Assembly (NCBI GenBank): GCA_963802945.1
Contig: CAWDKY010000015.1
Location: 192,001 to 256,000, forward strand
From: an uncultured delta proteobacterium
GTDB lineage: Bacteria; Desulfobacterota; RBG-13-43-22
Direction: 5' to 3'
DNA length: 64,000 nt
Shown piece by piece: positions 39,893 to 49,976 of the stretch. A program made the position numbers and the translations under genes. The notes under the pieces were generated by a model. The model was not told the DNA's origin and ran no database searches. It worked only from the letters and a program-made list of their open reading frames with translations. Numbering within the stretch: the first letter of the stretch is position 1; every line of letters starts with the position of its first letter.

Positions 39893-42199
39893 ATGCCTTC
39901 ACCTTCCTCTAACTCCCATATTCATTCCAAGCCCAAAAAACGCTGGAACCTATTAAGTAAGTTCATTCTATTTCTATTGGCCTTTATTTTTATCACCTCC
40001 TGCCTGGCAGGTGTTTTTTACCTGATCCTGCTGTTCCAGTTGCCGAACATAAAAACTTTGGACGATTACAACCCTCCTCTGACCACCCGGATTCTATCAA
40101 CCGATGGGACTATTATCGGTTACCTTTTCAAAGAAAAAAGAATCCTGGTCTCTCTTTCCGACTTGCCTCCTCATTTGATTCAGGCCTTTGTCGCTTCAGA
40201 AGATGCCCGTTTTTTTAAGCATGGAGGGTTAGATTTTTTGAGCATTATACGTGCCCTGTGGAAAAATATCTGGGCCGGTGAGATCGTTCAGGGCGGAAGC
40301 ACTATTACGCAACAGGTTACCAGATCTCTCCTGCTTTCTCCTCAAAAAAACCTTTCTAGGAAAATCAAGGAGGCCGTCCTGGCCTATCGCTTAGATCGAA
40401 ATCTGTCCAAGGAGGATATCCTTTATATTTATCTAAACCAGATCTATTTGGGTCATGGGGCTTATGGGGTGGAAGCAGCGGCCCAGACCTATTTCGGGAA
40501 AAAAGCCCGGGATCTCACCTTATCCGAAAGTGCCCTCCTGGCCGGTCTTCCACAAGCCCCCAGCCGGTATTCTCCTTTGCTTCATCCCCAAAGGGCCAAG
40601 GAAAGACAGCTATATGTTCTCAAGAGGATGGCCGAGGAGGGCTTTATTTCCGAAAGCGAATCCCAAGCCGTTGCCGAAACCCCTGTGTTCTATGCCAATG
40701 CCCAAGATCCTACTTTGACCATAGCCCCCCATTTTACAGATCTGGTTCGAAAATATTTATTTCAGACCTGGGGTTCGGAATTTGTATTGAAAGCCGGTCT
40801 GGTGGTCCAAACCACCTTGGACCTCTCCTTCCAGAAGGCAGCCCAGGAAGCCGTACTCAATGGGACACAGGCTATCCAGAGTCGCCATATTTACACCAAA
40901 GCCATCAAAAGTGTCCCCCTGGATAAAATAGACGAATATTGTCCTAAACTGGACCAGCCCATCCCTAAAGAAAACAGGAAGCGACCTGGATTTATCGACG
41001 GAGTAGTAGTTAAAATAGATCTATTCGCCCAGACCGCCAAAGTCTGTCTGGGCCAGGAATGGACGGTCTTACCCCTGCCCCAGACAAAGGCCTCATCCTC
41101 CCAGGTCAAGGGCCAAGGGGATGATGAAGGGCCGGTTAAAAAAGAAACCCCTCCTCCGGCACCTGCACTGAAGGTCGGAGACGTCGTTCGTCTGCGCTGG
41201 GATCCGGTCCGTTATTCTTTGACGATGTTGGATCAGAATCAAGTGGAGGGCGCCCTCCTTTGTATCGAAACCCGGACCGGGTCAGTCAAGGCCCTGGTCG
41301 GGGGTAAAAATTATGAACAGACGGAATTTAATCGAGCGGTACAATCCAGACGTCAGCCGGGTTCTTCTTTTAAACCCATTATTTATGCCGCTGCCCTTGA
41401 AAAAGGTCTTACCCCGGCTACGGTCATCATGGACAGTCCGATCTATTTTAGAGGGCCGCCTGCTTGGGTCCCGCATAATTTCGATCACAAGTTTCTTGGT
41501 CCAACGACCTTAAGGACAGGCTTAATTCAGTCCCGGAATATTATTTCTATCAAAATCCTCCAGCGAATCGGGATTTCCTATGCGATTCAATTCGCCCAAC
41601 GGTTAGGGATTTCCTCTCCTTTATACCCCAATCTTTCTCTGGCCCTGGGTACTTCCGGGGTTTCCCTTTGGGAGATGGTTACGGCTTATAATTGTTTTCC
41701 CAACTTAGGGCAACGAGTGCCCCCTTATTTTATTCAACAAATATCCGATCGCCATGGACGTTCTATCTATGTTTATCCCCCCAAGGCAGAACAGGTCATG
41801 AAAACCCCTACCGCCTATACCATGAACCAGCTTCTTGAAGCCGTCGTTAAAGAAGGAACCGGCTGGAGATTAAAGGCCCTTGGAAAACCAGTGGCCGGCA
41901 AGACCGGAACCACCAACGACTTCCGTGATGCCTGGTTTATCGGATTCACCCCCCAATATACGGCCGGTGTCTGGGTAGGCCTTGATGATTTTACTCCTTT
42001 AGGACCTGGGGAAACCGGGGCCCAAGCGGCCAGTCCTATTGTTTTGGAATTTTTTCAGAAAGCCCTTGCCCAAATACCGGCTCAAGAATTTCCAGTTCTA
42101 AAAATCCAAGAAAAAGATTCAGGGGCATTTCAGGACGTGTCGGAGGAACATAAAGGAGTTCGAGAAGGGCCTTTCCTTAAGGAGGAAGAGAAAAATTAA
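39893..42199 (+). CDS. mrcA: Penicillin-binding protein 1A
   Basis: EDARFF, GGSTITQQ, RKIKE, YLNQIY; transpeptidase SSFK, SRN, KTG. Confidence 0.92.
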   Translation: MPSPSSNSHIHSKPKKRWNLLSKFILFLLAFIFITSCLAGVFYLILLFQLPNIKTLDDYNPPLTTRILSTDGTIIGYLFKEKRILVSLSDLPPHLIQAFVASEDARFFKHGGLDFLSIIRALWKNIWAGEIVQGGSTITQQVTRSLLLSPQKNLSRKIKEAVLAYRLDRNLSKEDILYIYLNQIYLGHGAYGVEAAAQTYFGKKARDLTLSESALLAGLPQAPSRYSPLLHPQRAKERQLYVLKRMAEEGFISESESQAVAETPVFYANAQDPTLTIAPHFTDLVRKYLFQTWGSEFVLKAGLVVQTTLDLSFQKAAQEAVLNGTQAIQSRHIYTKAIKSVPLDKIDEYCPKLDQPIPKENRKRPGFIDGVVVKIDLFAQTAKVCLGQEWTVLPLPQTKASSSQVKGQGDDEGPVKKETPPPAPALKVGDVVRLRWDPVRYSLTMLDQNQVEGALLCIETRTGSVKALVGGKNYEQTEFNRAVQSRRQPGSSFKPIIYAAALEKGLTPATVIMDSPIYFRGPPAWVPHNFDHKFLGPTTLRTGLIQSRNIISIKILQRIGISYAIQFAQRLGISSPLYPNLSLALGTSGVSLWEMVTAYNCFPNLGQRVPPYFIQQISDRHGRSIYVYPPKAEQVMKTPTAYTMNQLLEAVVKEGTGWRLKALGKPVAGKTGTTNDFRDAWFIGFTPQYTAGVWVGLDDFTPLGPGETGAQAASPIVLEFFQKALAQIPAQEFPVLKIQEKDSGAFQDVSEEHKGVREGPFLKEEEKN

Positions 42200-42240
42200 A
42201 AACCCCTTTCCCTCTGCTCCAGAGGTCAAAGAGCTCTTAT

Positions 42241-42382
42241 GAGTGCCTTGAAAAATGTTCAATTTTGTTCAAGGTCAAGGAAGACGAAGATTTTAACCAG
42301 AGGAATACATTTAGTATTTTGAGGATTAAAATTTGAGTCTGACACAGAGATTGGGCAAAAGGGGACGTTTTTCAAAGCTCTC
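42241..42382. mobile_element. 142-bp MITE-like element
   Basis: GAGTGCCTTGAAAAATGT vs reverse-complemented right end GAGAGCTTTGAAAAACGT (15/18); intergenic between convergent genes. Confidence 0.7.
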
Positions 42383-42407
42383 ATTCGACGAGTAGGGTTA
42401 GGAAAGG

Positions 42408-43076
42408 TTAAACGTCTTTAAGCGAATCTTTGACCATGTAAAGGAGAATGAAGTTCTTGTCCAACTCTTGAGTTAAAGATTTTATTCTGTCTTCAGGAAG
42501 TTCTTTGATTCGGATATACACATTACGGCAATTTTCCTCACCTTTATCATAGGAGGTCAGGATACTAACCATTTGGCCGCCATGTTCTCTTATCATGTCG
42601 GCCACCTCTTTTATGGAGCCGGGTCGATCTTCCAAGTTAAAGGCTAACTGGATTCCTCCTCGGTAAATGCCGGACAGGGAGACCAAGACCTTAGAGATAT
42701 CTCTCTGGGTGATGATCCCGACCACACTTCCTGAATCGTCAACTACCGGCAATCCAGATATTCGATACTTCAGCATCTTGACGGTCGCCTTTTCCACCGT
42801 TTCTTCCGGGCCTATAGTAATAATCTCTTTTTTAATAATATCTTTGATTTTTAATTCCGAAAGCAAATAATATAATTCGTGAATATCTAAGGTGGTGGCT
42901 TTGGAAGGAGAGGCGTCCTTAATGTCCCGATCTGTCACTATTCCAATCAATTTCCCCTGGCGCATGACCGGAAGACGTCGGATACTGTTTTCTTTCATAA
43001 TCTGAAAAGCTTTCATCATAGAAGTATCTTCCTCTATGGTCATGACATCGCTGGTCATCCATTCTTTAACTAACAT
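42408..43076 (-). CDS. CBS-pair plus ACT domain protein (AcuB-like)
   Basis: IRRLPV..GIVTDRD, SPSKATTLDIHEL, LEDRPGSI. Confidence 0.88.
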   Translation of the reverse strand: MLVKEWMTSDVMTIEEDTSMMKAFQIMKENSIRRLPVMRQGKLIGIVTDRDIKDASPSKATTLDIHELYYLLSELKIKDIIKKEIITIGPEETVEKATVKMLKYRISGLPVVDDSGSVVGIITQRDISKVLVSLSGIYRGGIQLAFNLEDRPGSIKEVADMIREHGGQMVSILTSYDKGEENCRNVYIRIKELPEDRIKSLTQELDKNFILLYMVKDSLKDV

Positions 43077-43335
43077 GGGTTTGTCCTCCGTTGTTTGGAA
43101 TTAGAAACCCCGATATCCCCGCTTCAGATTAGAAAATTTGAAAATCTATTTCTCTTAATATGTTATAATAATTGCAAACCTTGTCAAGTTTTTATTGGAT
43201 TAAGGATGGTCCTATTTCAATCAGTTTCCGGACAGTCTCCTTCCCCTTATCCATGATTAAAAAATTTAAGATTGAAGACCTTGTACTGGGTATCTTCCTG
43301 AATTTTTTTTATGAGGAAACTATAGAGAAGAAAGG

Positions 43336-44061
43336 TTAAGACTCTTTTTCTCCCCAGATTCGCATCCCTAATATGCCGATTTCGAAGAGCAGATAAAGAG
43401 GAACGGCCATCAGCATCATATTGAAAGCGTCGGGGGTAGGGGTCAAAACCGCCGCCAGAATGGCGATGATTAAAATAGAATAGCTTCGGTACCTGGTTAA
43501 CAAACCCACCTTCACCAGACCGATTCGGCCTAAAAGGATCATGGTCAAAGGCAGTTCAAAGATGATCCCGAAAGCGAAGATAAAAAGGAGACAAAAAGAG
43601 ATAAACTTTTTTACGGAAATAAGGGCCTCTATATGAGCCCCCTGATAGCTTAAAAGAAATTTAACCCCAAAAGGAAGAGTAATAAAAAGACAGAAACCAG
43701 ATCCCAGATAGAACAGGAAGACTGCTCCGAGCCAGAAGCCGATCATGATCTTCCGGGAAAAAGAAGGGAAGACAGTCCGCAGGGCCGCCAGAATCTTAAA
43801 CAGCAAAAACGGCATGGTCACAAACAAAGACGAAAATAAGGCGATGTTGAGTAAGGCGAAGAAAGTTTCTGAAAGCCCGTAGTAGGCCAGAGTAACTCCG
43901 GTATGCATTTGTAAAAAATTCAGAATCGTTTTGGCAAAGGCGTATCCGGCAATGGAAAATATCAGGACCACTACGCCGATTTGTATCAGGGACCTTCTTA
44001 AGGCCACAAAAAACAAGATGAGTCGATCTGGGTGTCCGATATATTCTGCCAAGGGGCGCAT
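43336..44061 (-). CDS. tatC: TatC homologue, divergent N-terminal half
   Basis: FGIIFELP, AAVLTPTPD, PLYLLFEIG; six TM helices. Confidence 0.85.
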   Translation of the reverse strand: MRPLAEYIGHPDRLILFFVALRRSLIQIGVVVLIFSIAGYAFAKTILNFLQMHTGVTLAYYGLSETFFALLNIALFSSLFVTMPFLLFKILAALRTVFPSFSRKIMIGFWLGAVFLFYLGSGFCLFITLPFGVKFLLSYQGAHIEALISVKKFISFCLLFIFAFGIIFELPLTMILLGRIGLVKVGLLTRYRSYSILIIAILAAVLTPTPDAFNMMLMAVPLYLLFEIGILGMRIWGEKES

Positions 44062-44804
44062 TATGATGATTTATCTCTTAATGCTTTTTTAATTTCCGAA
44101 CGATGGGTTTGGAAGGTTTGGTCGATGAGACGATTCAAAGGCTCTTGAATCTCGGTTACGTTGGGCAAGGCCCGAAGAACAAGCACTTTTTCTCTGGAAA
44201 AATCGAGCGGTCTCAGGAGTAATTTCTCCTCTAACAAGGGTACGGACCGAGGATCGGTATTCTCGCCCAACACCCCTTTCAAGCCATCCGCGCCTTCAAT
44301 GGATTTAATTAAAGACAAAATATCGGGCAAACTGTAACTGGATTTGAATTTAGTCAGATCCTCATTAAAAAGGGCTGCCTGCTTTTGCAGGATATTAAAT
44401 TCCTCCAAAAGTTCATCTATTTTGGCTTTGGCCATATGATATAAGGTAAAAATCAGGCTTTTATATTTCCCTTTAGCCGTAAAGGCAAAGGGAAAGTCAG
44501 ACGGTATCGGAGAAGGATTGATGCCTCGGTCTTGGATGGCCTGTTTTGCCGATTCGATTAAATCCCCTCTTTGTAGCAGGTCTAAAAAAGATTGGCCTTC
44601 CTCTTCCCCCATAAATAGGTGATGAATCCTGATCAGTATCGGCAGGACCTCTTGCTGACTGGCCTTTTCTAATTTTTTCTCCTGACGGATGAGGTCATTA
44701 CGTTCTTCCTCCAGGATTTTACGGGTACCAAAATAATTTTCGGCAATTTCTTTTTTAACCTGATAGGCCAAGGCCGAAGCTATGTCTCCAACTTGACGGG
44801 GCAA
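44061..44804 (-). CDS. Hypothetical helical protein translationally coupled to tatC
   Basis: 247-aa ORF after AAGGAG; TAATG overlap with tatC. Confidence 0.75.
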   Translation of the reverse strand: MPRQVGDIASALAYQVKKEIAENYFGTRKILEEERNDLIRQEKKLEKASQQEVLPILIRIHHLFMGEEEGQSFLDLLQRGDLIESAKQAIQDRGINPSPIPSDFPFAFTAKGKYKSLIFTLYHMAKAKIDELLEEFNILQKQAALFNEDLTKFKSSYSLPDILSLIKSIEGADGLKGVLGENTDPRSVPLLEEKLLLRPLDFSREKVLVLRALPNVTEIQEPLNRLIDQTFQTHRSEIKKALRDKSS

Positions 44805-44816
44805 ATCCGATACTCC

Positions 44817-45824
44817 TTATTTCTCCGATCTTTGTAATACATTGAAAGATAACCCTTCTTTCCAGAGTAATAGAAGTCCTAATGCGGTAACTGGTAAAAA
44901 ATTGCATATCCACAAGACCAGAGAAAAACTTTTAGCCTGATTGGCCTCTACGCCTAATAGGATCAACCCGGCGGCACAAGCCCAATGAAAGGTCCCAACA
45001 TATCCCGGTGCCGAGGGCAGGGTTACTCCAAAAACCAAAACCACCTCTAAAAAGACGGACGCCCAGAGGGATAAGGGCAAATGAAAACCGACAAAAAGGA
45101 GATAGAGGGAAAAAGACAGCATCAGCCAAAGAAAAAAGGAATAAAAAATGATAATCAAGATATCTTTGGCCTCTTTCAAGACATCCAAACCGGAAACAAA
45201 GGAATTAATTTGTTTTGTAATTTTATTGGAGATTTTTTCAGGCAGTTTTTTTAAAAAAAAGGAAATGACTTGATTGGCCCTTCGGTTCTGAAAACGCAGC
45301 AACAGTAAAAAGATAAGGACCGAGGTATAAAAGAAAAAACTCAATAACCCGATTGTCTTAATAGCACCCTGGGTAAAAACGGAAGAACGATCCGGAGGAA
45401 AAGACATAAAAAAAATGACGACCAAAAACAAAAAAAGAACCGTAAAGCCGTCAAACAACCGCTCAACAACAATGGTGGCAAAGGAAGCGGTTTTGCTGAT
45501 CTTGGCCCGATGACCCAAGACAATGGCCCGGACAAATTCTCCCACTCGAGCCGGAAAAATATTATTAGCCATAAGACCAATAGTCGTGGCATTGAACAAT
45601 TCCCACATCCGGATTTTTTTTAGGGGACGTAATAGATACTCCCATCGTTTAGCTCGGATCCAAAGAGAAAATAAATTAATTAGCATGAGAGGGACGGTAT
45701 AAATATACTCCACGTTTTTGAAGGTTTCCCAAACTCCTCTGAGATCAATTTTTCTTAGGAACAACCACAAGAAGAAAATACTGATCACCAAGCCTATCCA
45801 ATAACTTCTTTTTTTCATAGTCAC
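44817..45824 (-). CDS. UPF0104 / lysylphosphatidylglycerol synthase TM (flippase-like) protein
   Basis: RAKRW, NNIFPARVGEFVR, ERLFD, LPSAPGYVGTF. Confidence 0.85.
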   Translation of the reverse strand: MTMKKRSYWIGLVISIFFLWLFLRKIDLRGVWETFKNVEYIYTVPLMLINLFSLWIRAKRWEYLLRPLKKIRMWELFNATTIGLMANNIFPARVGEFVRAIVLGHRAKISKTASFATIVVERLFDGFTVLFLFLVVIFFMSFPPDRSSVFTQGAIKTIGLLSFFFYTSVLIFLLLLRFQNRRANQVISFFLKKLPEKISNKITKQINSFVSGLDVLKEAKDILIIIFYSFFLWLMLSFSLYLLFVGFHLPLSLWASVFLEVVLVFGVTLPSAPGYVGTFHWACAAGLILLGVEANQAKSFSLVLWICNFLPVTALGLLLLWKEGLSFNVLQRSEK

Positions 45825-46036
45825 CTGAGTTGAAACTTGTTGAGATTTAAAGGGGAAAGGAGTCGAGGGTTCAAATCAATGGGTTAGAAATTCAATCCCC
45901 TAATCCTCAAATTCTAAATTATATATAAAATCAGAAAAAAACCTCAACTGGTTATGAGGCCATTCTTTTGATTTGATCGCCGATATACCGAATTTGGTCC
46001 AGAGAAATCGTTAGTCCAGAGGGAAGGTAGCGTCCT

Positions 46037-46558
46037 CTATATCCGACCCAGCATTGAGGAGTAATCATTATCTACCCCAAGCATATCCAGCAAAACGGAG
46101 ATCTGACCCCTGTGGTGCGTTTGATGATTAAACCACTGAAGAAGAATCTTCCATAAGATGTTCTCCATATCTTCTCCTTTAAAATTTTTATATTTAAAAA
46201 CAGACTTCAGTTTGTTTTCATCGAGTTCTTCAATAAATTGTAGGATCACCTTATCGATTTGTTTCCTATAGGCAAATAATTTTGTATAATTGGCCTCAAT
46301 TTCTTTTCGCAAACTCTTGCCTTCCAAGGCAAGGAGGTTGCTGACGGTTAAGGCATTGCTTTCTTTAAAGGCGTCCCTAAGCCGTTTTAACCAAAAAAGA
46401 TCAGAGAAGAAGACATGAAACAAAGTGTCAAAGATCGACGGGAAAAAAGCCTTCGTTTTGGCCATGATCATTTCTTCTTTTAAAGACTCAAGTAATTCTA
46501 TTATACTCTGATCAACGCTGCTGTTGTACTTGGCCAAGGCCTGAAAAATGGTTTTCAT
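46037..46558 (-). CDS. DinB/YfiT family protein
   Basis: FFPSIFDTLFH..D..W and FNHQTHHRGQ. Confidence 0.88.
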   Translation of the reverse strand: MKTIFQALAKYNSSVDQSIIELLESLKEEMIMAKTKAFFPSIFDTLFHVFFSDLFWLKRLRDAFKESNALTVSNLLALEGKSLRKEIEANYTKLFAYRKQIDKVILQFIEELDENKLKSVFKYKNFKGEDMENILWKILLQWFNHQTHHRGQISVLLDMLGVDNDYSSMLGRI

Positions 46559-47042
46559 ATTTTCTCCTTTCCAAGAAAGTTTCAAGAAATTAATTTTTCA
46601 AACTTTTCCCCATGGTAACGTTACGAATGCTTGAGAAGGGCGAAACCTTTGGGTGTTAACCTCAAGTCCTCCGTTTTCTTCCGGGGCGGGCATGCTTTGA
46701 TGAAAAATATGGAAAGTGTCCCTCGTTCTCCTCCCAGTTCCCTCTTTAGGTAAAGTAATTTTTGAATAAAGTGGCCAACGTCTCTTTCCTTCAGGGTCTC
46801 CTATTTCCCCGATGGGACCATCTCAGTCATCCGTTTCATTCCTAATGATCGTAAACTGGATATCTTGGGTGAATATTTAAAATACTCCAGAATTTGGTTT
46901 ACTCGTATGTTCGTACAAAAATCATTACCCAGTTACACGAGATTCAGAGCTTTTATGGAGAGAATCTGGCGGTCACTTTCTCTTATCATCTCCCTCTTTG
47001 GATCGACCCTAATCCCTAAAATGGGTAACCGATGCAGGCTAT

Positions 47043-48461
47043 TTAGAAATGAGCCCCCTTCCCAGGCAATCGTATTAACACGGATGTTCCCCCTCCTATC
47101 GCACTAACTATCCGAATAGTTCCTTTGTGGGCTTCTATGATATTTTTGACAATGGCCAGTCCCAATCCGCTGCCTTTTTCCTTGGTGGTATAAAAAGGAT
47201 GAAAGGCCCTGGCCAGCTCTTCCTCGGACAGACCCGACCCCGAGTCCTTGATCTCTATTTCCACTCCCAGGGAATCATACCGGACCTTGATCCCGATGGC
47301 CCCGCTCTCGGGTGTTGCCTGAATGGCGTTCAATAAGATATTAAAAAAGGCCCGATAGAGCAAATCCTGGTCCCCTGGAATGGTCTGAGTCCCTGGGAGA
47401 TAATCTTTCTGAACCGTTATCTGTCGGTGGGTCAATTCCGTTTCCAAAAAATGTAAATTTTTTTCCAGGATGGTTTCTATCCGAACCGGGGTCATCCGGG
47501 GAATCAGAGGCCGGGCGAAGTCCAGAAAATCAGTCACGATGCGATTCAACCGATCGGCTTCTTCCCGGATGACCGAGGCCAATTGGTTTTGAGGATCAAA
47601 CTGAATCACCTTTTTTTCCAACAGATCAGCCGTACTGCGGATAATCCCCAGGGGATTTTTGATTTCATGGGAAACCGAAGCGATCATCTCGCCCAGTGTG
47701 GCCATTCGTTCGGACTGGTGCAATTTGTCAACCAGTTGCTTTTTTTCTTCGGCCCTTCTTTCTATGATCACTTCTCCCCGTTTGACAATAAATAGAAGAA
47801 TCAGATATAGGAGAACCATAAGGCCAATCGAAAATAAAACCATCAGGTATTGATCCCAGATAATGTCTTCATAATCTTGAGAAATATCCTGGGTGATCTC
47901 AAAGACCCCCAGAATCTGACTATCAGGCCTTGAGGTAGGTTCTACCCTAAAAGGAATGGTGGTGATTAATTTGCGGATCGGAGCCCCGCTCCCAGGTCGA
48001 ATCATTAATAAACTCTTTTCGGAAACAAATCGGGAACTGCTTTTGCCAGTCATGGCTTTTTTGTAATCCGTTCCTCCCAGATCCTTCTTGCCGACCAGAG
48101 TTCGGTCGGTACTGTAGGCAATAATATTTTTCGGGTCATACATGTTGACTTTTTCAATTTTAAAACTATGGATCGTATTGAGAATGATCAGATCCAATTG
48201 CCTAAATTGCTGGGGTTCTCTAAGATGTACCTCTTTTCTTTGCAGGGCCATTGGCAGGACAAAGTAAAAAAATGCCTGATGATTGAGGTTCTCAGCCAGA
48301 AGGACGGCAAAGGCTTCGGTTTTTTTCAGCAAAGCATCCTTGGACCGCTGGGTAATCAATAAACTTAGGGATACAGCAAAAATCAGCATAACAATAAAAC
48401 TGCTCAAAAAGAAATATTTGACCAGCTTAAAGGGCTTTGTGGTTTCTGGCAAAACTTTCAT
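47043..48461 (-). CDS. Membrane sensor histidine kinase
   Basis: Two TM helices, SHEIKNPL H-box, NILLNAIQ, DSGSG, GSGLGL; no adjacent response regulator. Confidence 0.92.
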   Translation of the reverse strand: MKVLPETTKPFKLVKYFFLSSFIVMLIFAVSLSLLITQRSKDALLKKTEAFAVLLAENLNHQAFFYFVLPMALQRKEVHLREPQQFRQLDLIILNTIHSFKIEKVNMYDPKNIIAYSTDRTLVGKKDLGGTDYKKAMTGKSSSRFVSEKSLLMIRPGSGAPIRKLITTIPFRVEPTSRPDSQILGVFEITQDISQDYEDIIWDQYLMVLFSIGLMVLLYLILLFIVKRGEVIIERRAEEKKQLVDKLHQSERMATLGEMIASVSHEIKNPLGIIRSTADLLEKKVIQFDPQNQLASVIREEADRLNRIVTDFLDFARPLIPRMTPVRIETILEKNLHFLETELTHRQITVQKDYLPGTQTIPGDQDLLYRAFFNILLNAIQATPESGAIGIKVRYDSLGVEIEIKDSGSGLSEEELARAFHPFYTTKEKGSGLGLAIVKNIIEAHKGTIRIVSAIGGGTSVLIRLPGKGAHF

Positions 48462-48469
48462 AGTTCTCT

Positions 48470-49909
48470 TTATAGAATAAATTTTTTATTTGGTTTTGAG
48501 GAGAGGTCCGCATCTTTGCCTTCTCTTTCAAATCCTTTTCTTCCCAAGAGGGCGTAGGTCAACCTTTTTCCTTCTTCCACCCCGGGCTGGCTTAAGGGAT
48601 CGATGCCCATCAACCGACCGCAGACGAAGGTCTCCAATTCCCATAAGAAAATTAGTTGTCCAATAGTAAAAGGATTGATTTTAGGCAGGGTAATGGTTAA
48701 ACTCGGTCGCCCATTTCGGGCCAGGGATAAACGGGTGGCCAACATCTCAGTTTGAATCAACCGGTTCAGGGAATGCCCTCCCAAATAAGCCAATTCTTCC
48801 GCCTTGGGGTACAGTTTAGGCAAGTGAATCAGTCCGGCATAATTTTTGACCCCGAGAAAAGAAAAAACCTTGTCTGCGGGTCCTTCCATGTATAACTGTA
48901 ATTGGGAATGCTGATCCGTGGCCCCCAGGGCTGTCACCGGAGTTTGACCGTTATAAACTTCCCGACCTTTGATATTAAACCGCTTCCCTAAACTTTCGGC
49001 CCATAATTGGCAAAACCATTCCCCCATCCCTTTTAAAGCATCTCCATAGGGCATGATCACCCTGATGTTTTTTTTCATCTGCTTGTAACTCAGGAAAGAC
49101 AAACAGGCACACCAATAAGCCGGATTTTCCCGTAAGGAAAGATTCTGGCAGCGTCCAGCCATTTCCCTGGCCCCGGCCTGCAGTTCCTCGATATCGATTC
49201 CACACATGGCAGCCGGCAGCAAGCCCACGGCTGACAGGACTGAGAATCTTCCACCCAGCAATGAGGGAATTTCGAAACTCCTGAATTGTTCTTCTTCGGC
49301 TATTTTTCTAAGCACTCCCTGTAGCGGATCGGTGGTAATAACCAGGTGATCTTTTCCCTTACGGTTACCCAGCTTTTTTTTAAGCAGATCCCTGATAATC
49401 AGAAATTGGCTCATGGTTTCAGCCGTTCCGCCGGACTTGCTGATTACATTAAAGACAGTCCTTCGAGGTTCCAGTACATCCAGTAAGGCCTTAAACCCAT
49501 CAGGGTCCACATTGTCGGCCACAAAGAGCCGGGGGAATCCTTTCCGCATGGTTTTGGACAACAAGTTATAGTGGGGATGGGAAAGGGCCGTATGGAGGGC
49601 CTTAGCCCCCAATGCCGATCCGCCAATGCCCAGAACCACAAAATTTTCCGCCCAGGTTTTGGTCCCCTGAACGAATTTTTTTATTTTTTGGATTAGAGGC
49701 AGATTAAAGGGAATCGTTAAAAAAGGAAGATGATCTTGGGTTCTTTCTTCCTCAAGCTGTTCGTTTATGTTGTGAATCACTGGACTCAGCTTTTCTACCT
49801 CTTCCTCGGCAATCCCTTCCTTTTCACCCAGGATTGGGGTCATCATCAGGTTGGCATCGATCTCTATTTGCATTTCCTGAATCCAGGACGAATCCTGCCA
49901 TCTTTTCAT
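48470..49909 (-). CDS. pgi: Glucose-6-phosphate isomerase
   Basis: GIGGSALG, ISKSGGTAET, GGRFSVLS, QLWAESLGK, DQHSQLQLY, QPGVEEGK. Confidence 0.95.
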   Translation of the reverse strand: MKRWQDSSWIQEMQIEIDANLMMTPILGEKEGIAEEEVEKLSPVIHNINEQLEEERTQDHLPFLTIPFNLPLIQKIKKFVQGTKTWAENFVVLGIGGSALGAKALHTALSHPHYNLLSKTMRKGFPRLFVADNVDPDGFKALLDVLEPRRTVFNVISKSGGTAETMSQFLIIRDLLKKKLGNRKGKDHLVITTDPLQGVLRKIAEEEQFRSFEIPSLLGGRFSVLSAVGLLPAAMCGIDIEELQAGAREMAGRCQNLSLRENPAYWCACLSFLSYKQMKKNIRVIMPYGDALKGMGEWFCQLWAESLGKRFNIKGREVYNGQTPVTALGATDQHSQLQLYMEGPADKVFSFLGVKNYAGLIHLPKLYPKAEELAYLGGHSLNRLIQTEMLATRLSLARNGRPSLTITLPKINPFTIGQLIFLWELETFVCGRLMGIDPLSQPGVEEGKRLTYALLGRKGFEREGKDADLSSKPNKKFIL

Positions 49910-49976
49910 GAGGTATTCCCTTCGGCCTTCAGTCTTCTGTCTCTCTACCTGAGTTGCTGTCTTATTTACTTTAACA

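Noticed and set aside
45859-45890. tRNA fragment (GAGGGTTCAAAT looks like a T-loop)
   Set aside because: No complementary T-stem, acceptor stem or CCA; resembles the local octamer repeats.
46600-47040. Gene or ncRNA in the gap between the DinB gene and the kinase
   Set aside because: Only short ORFs without recognisable motifs and no convincing structure.
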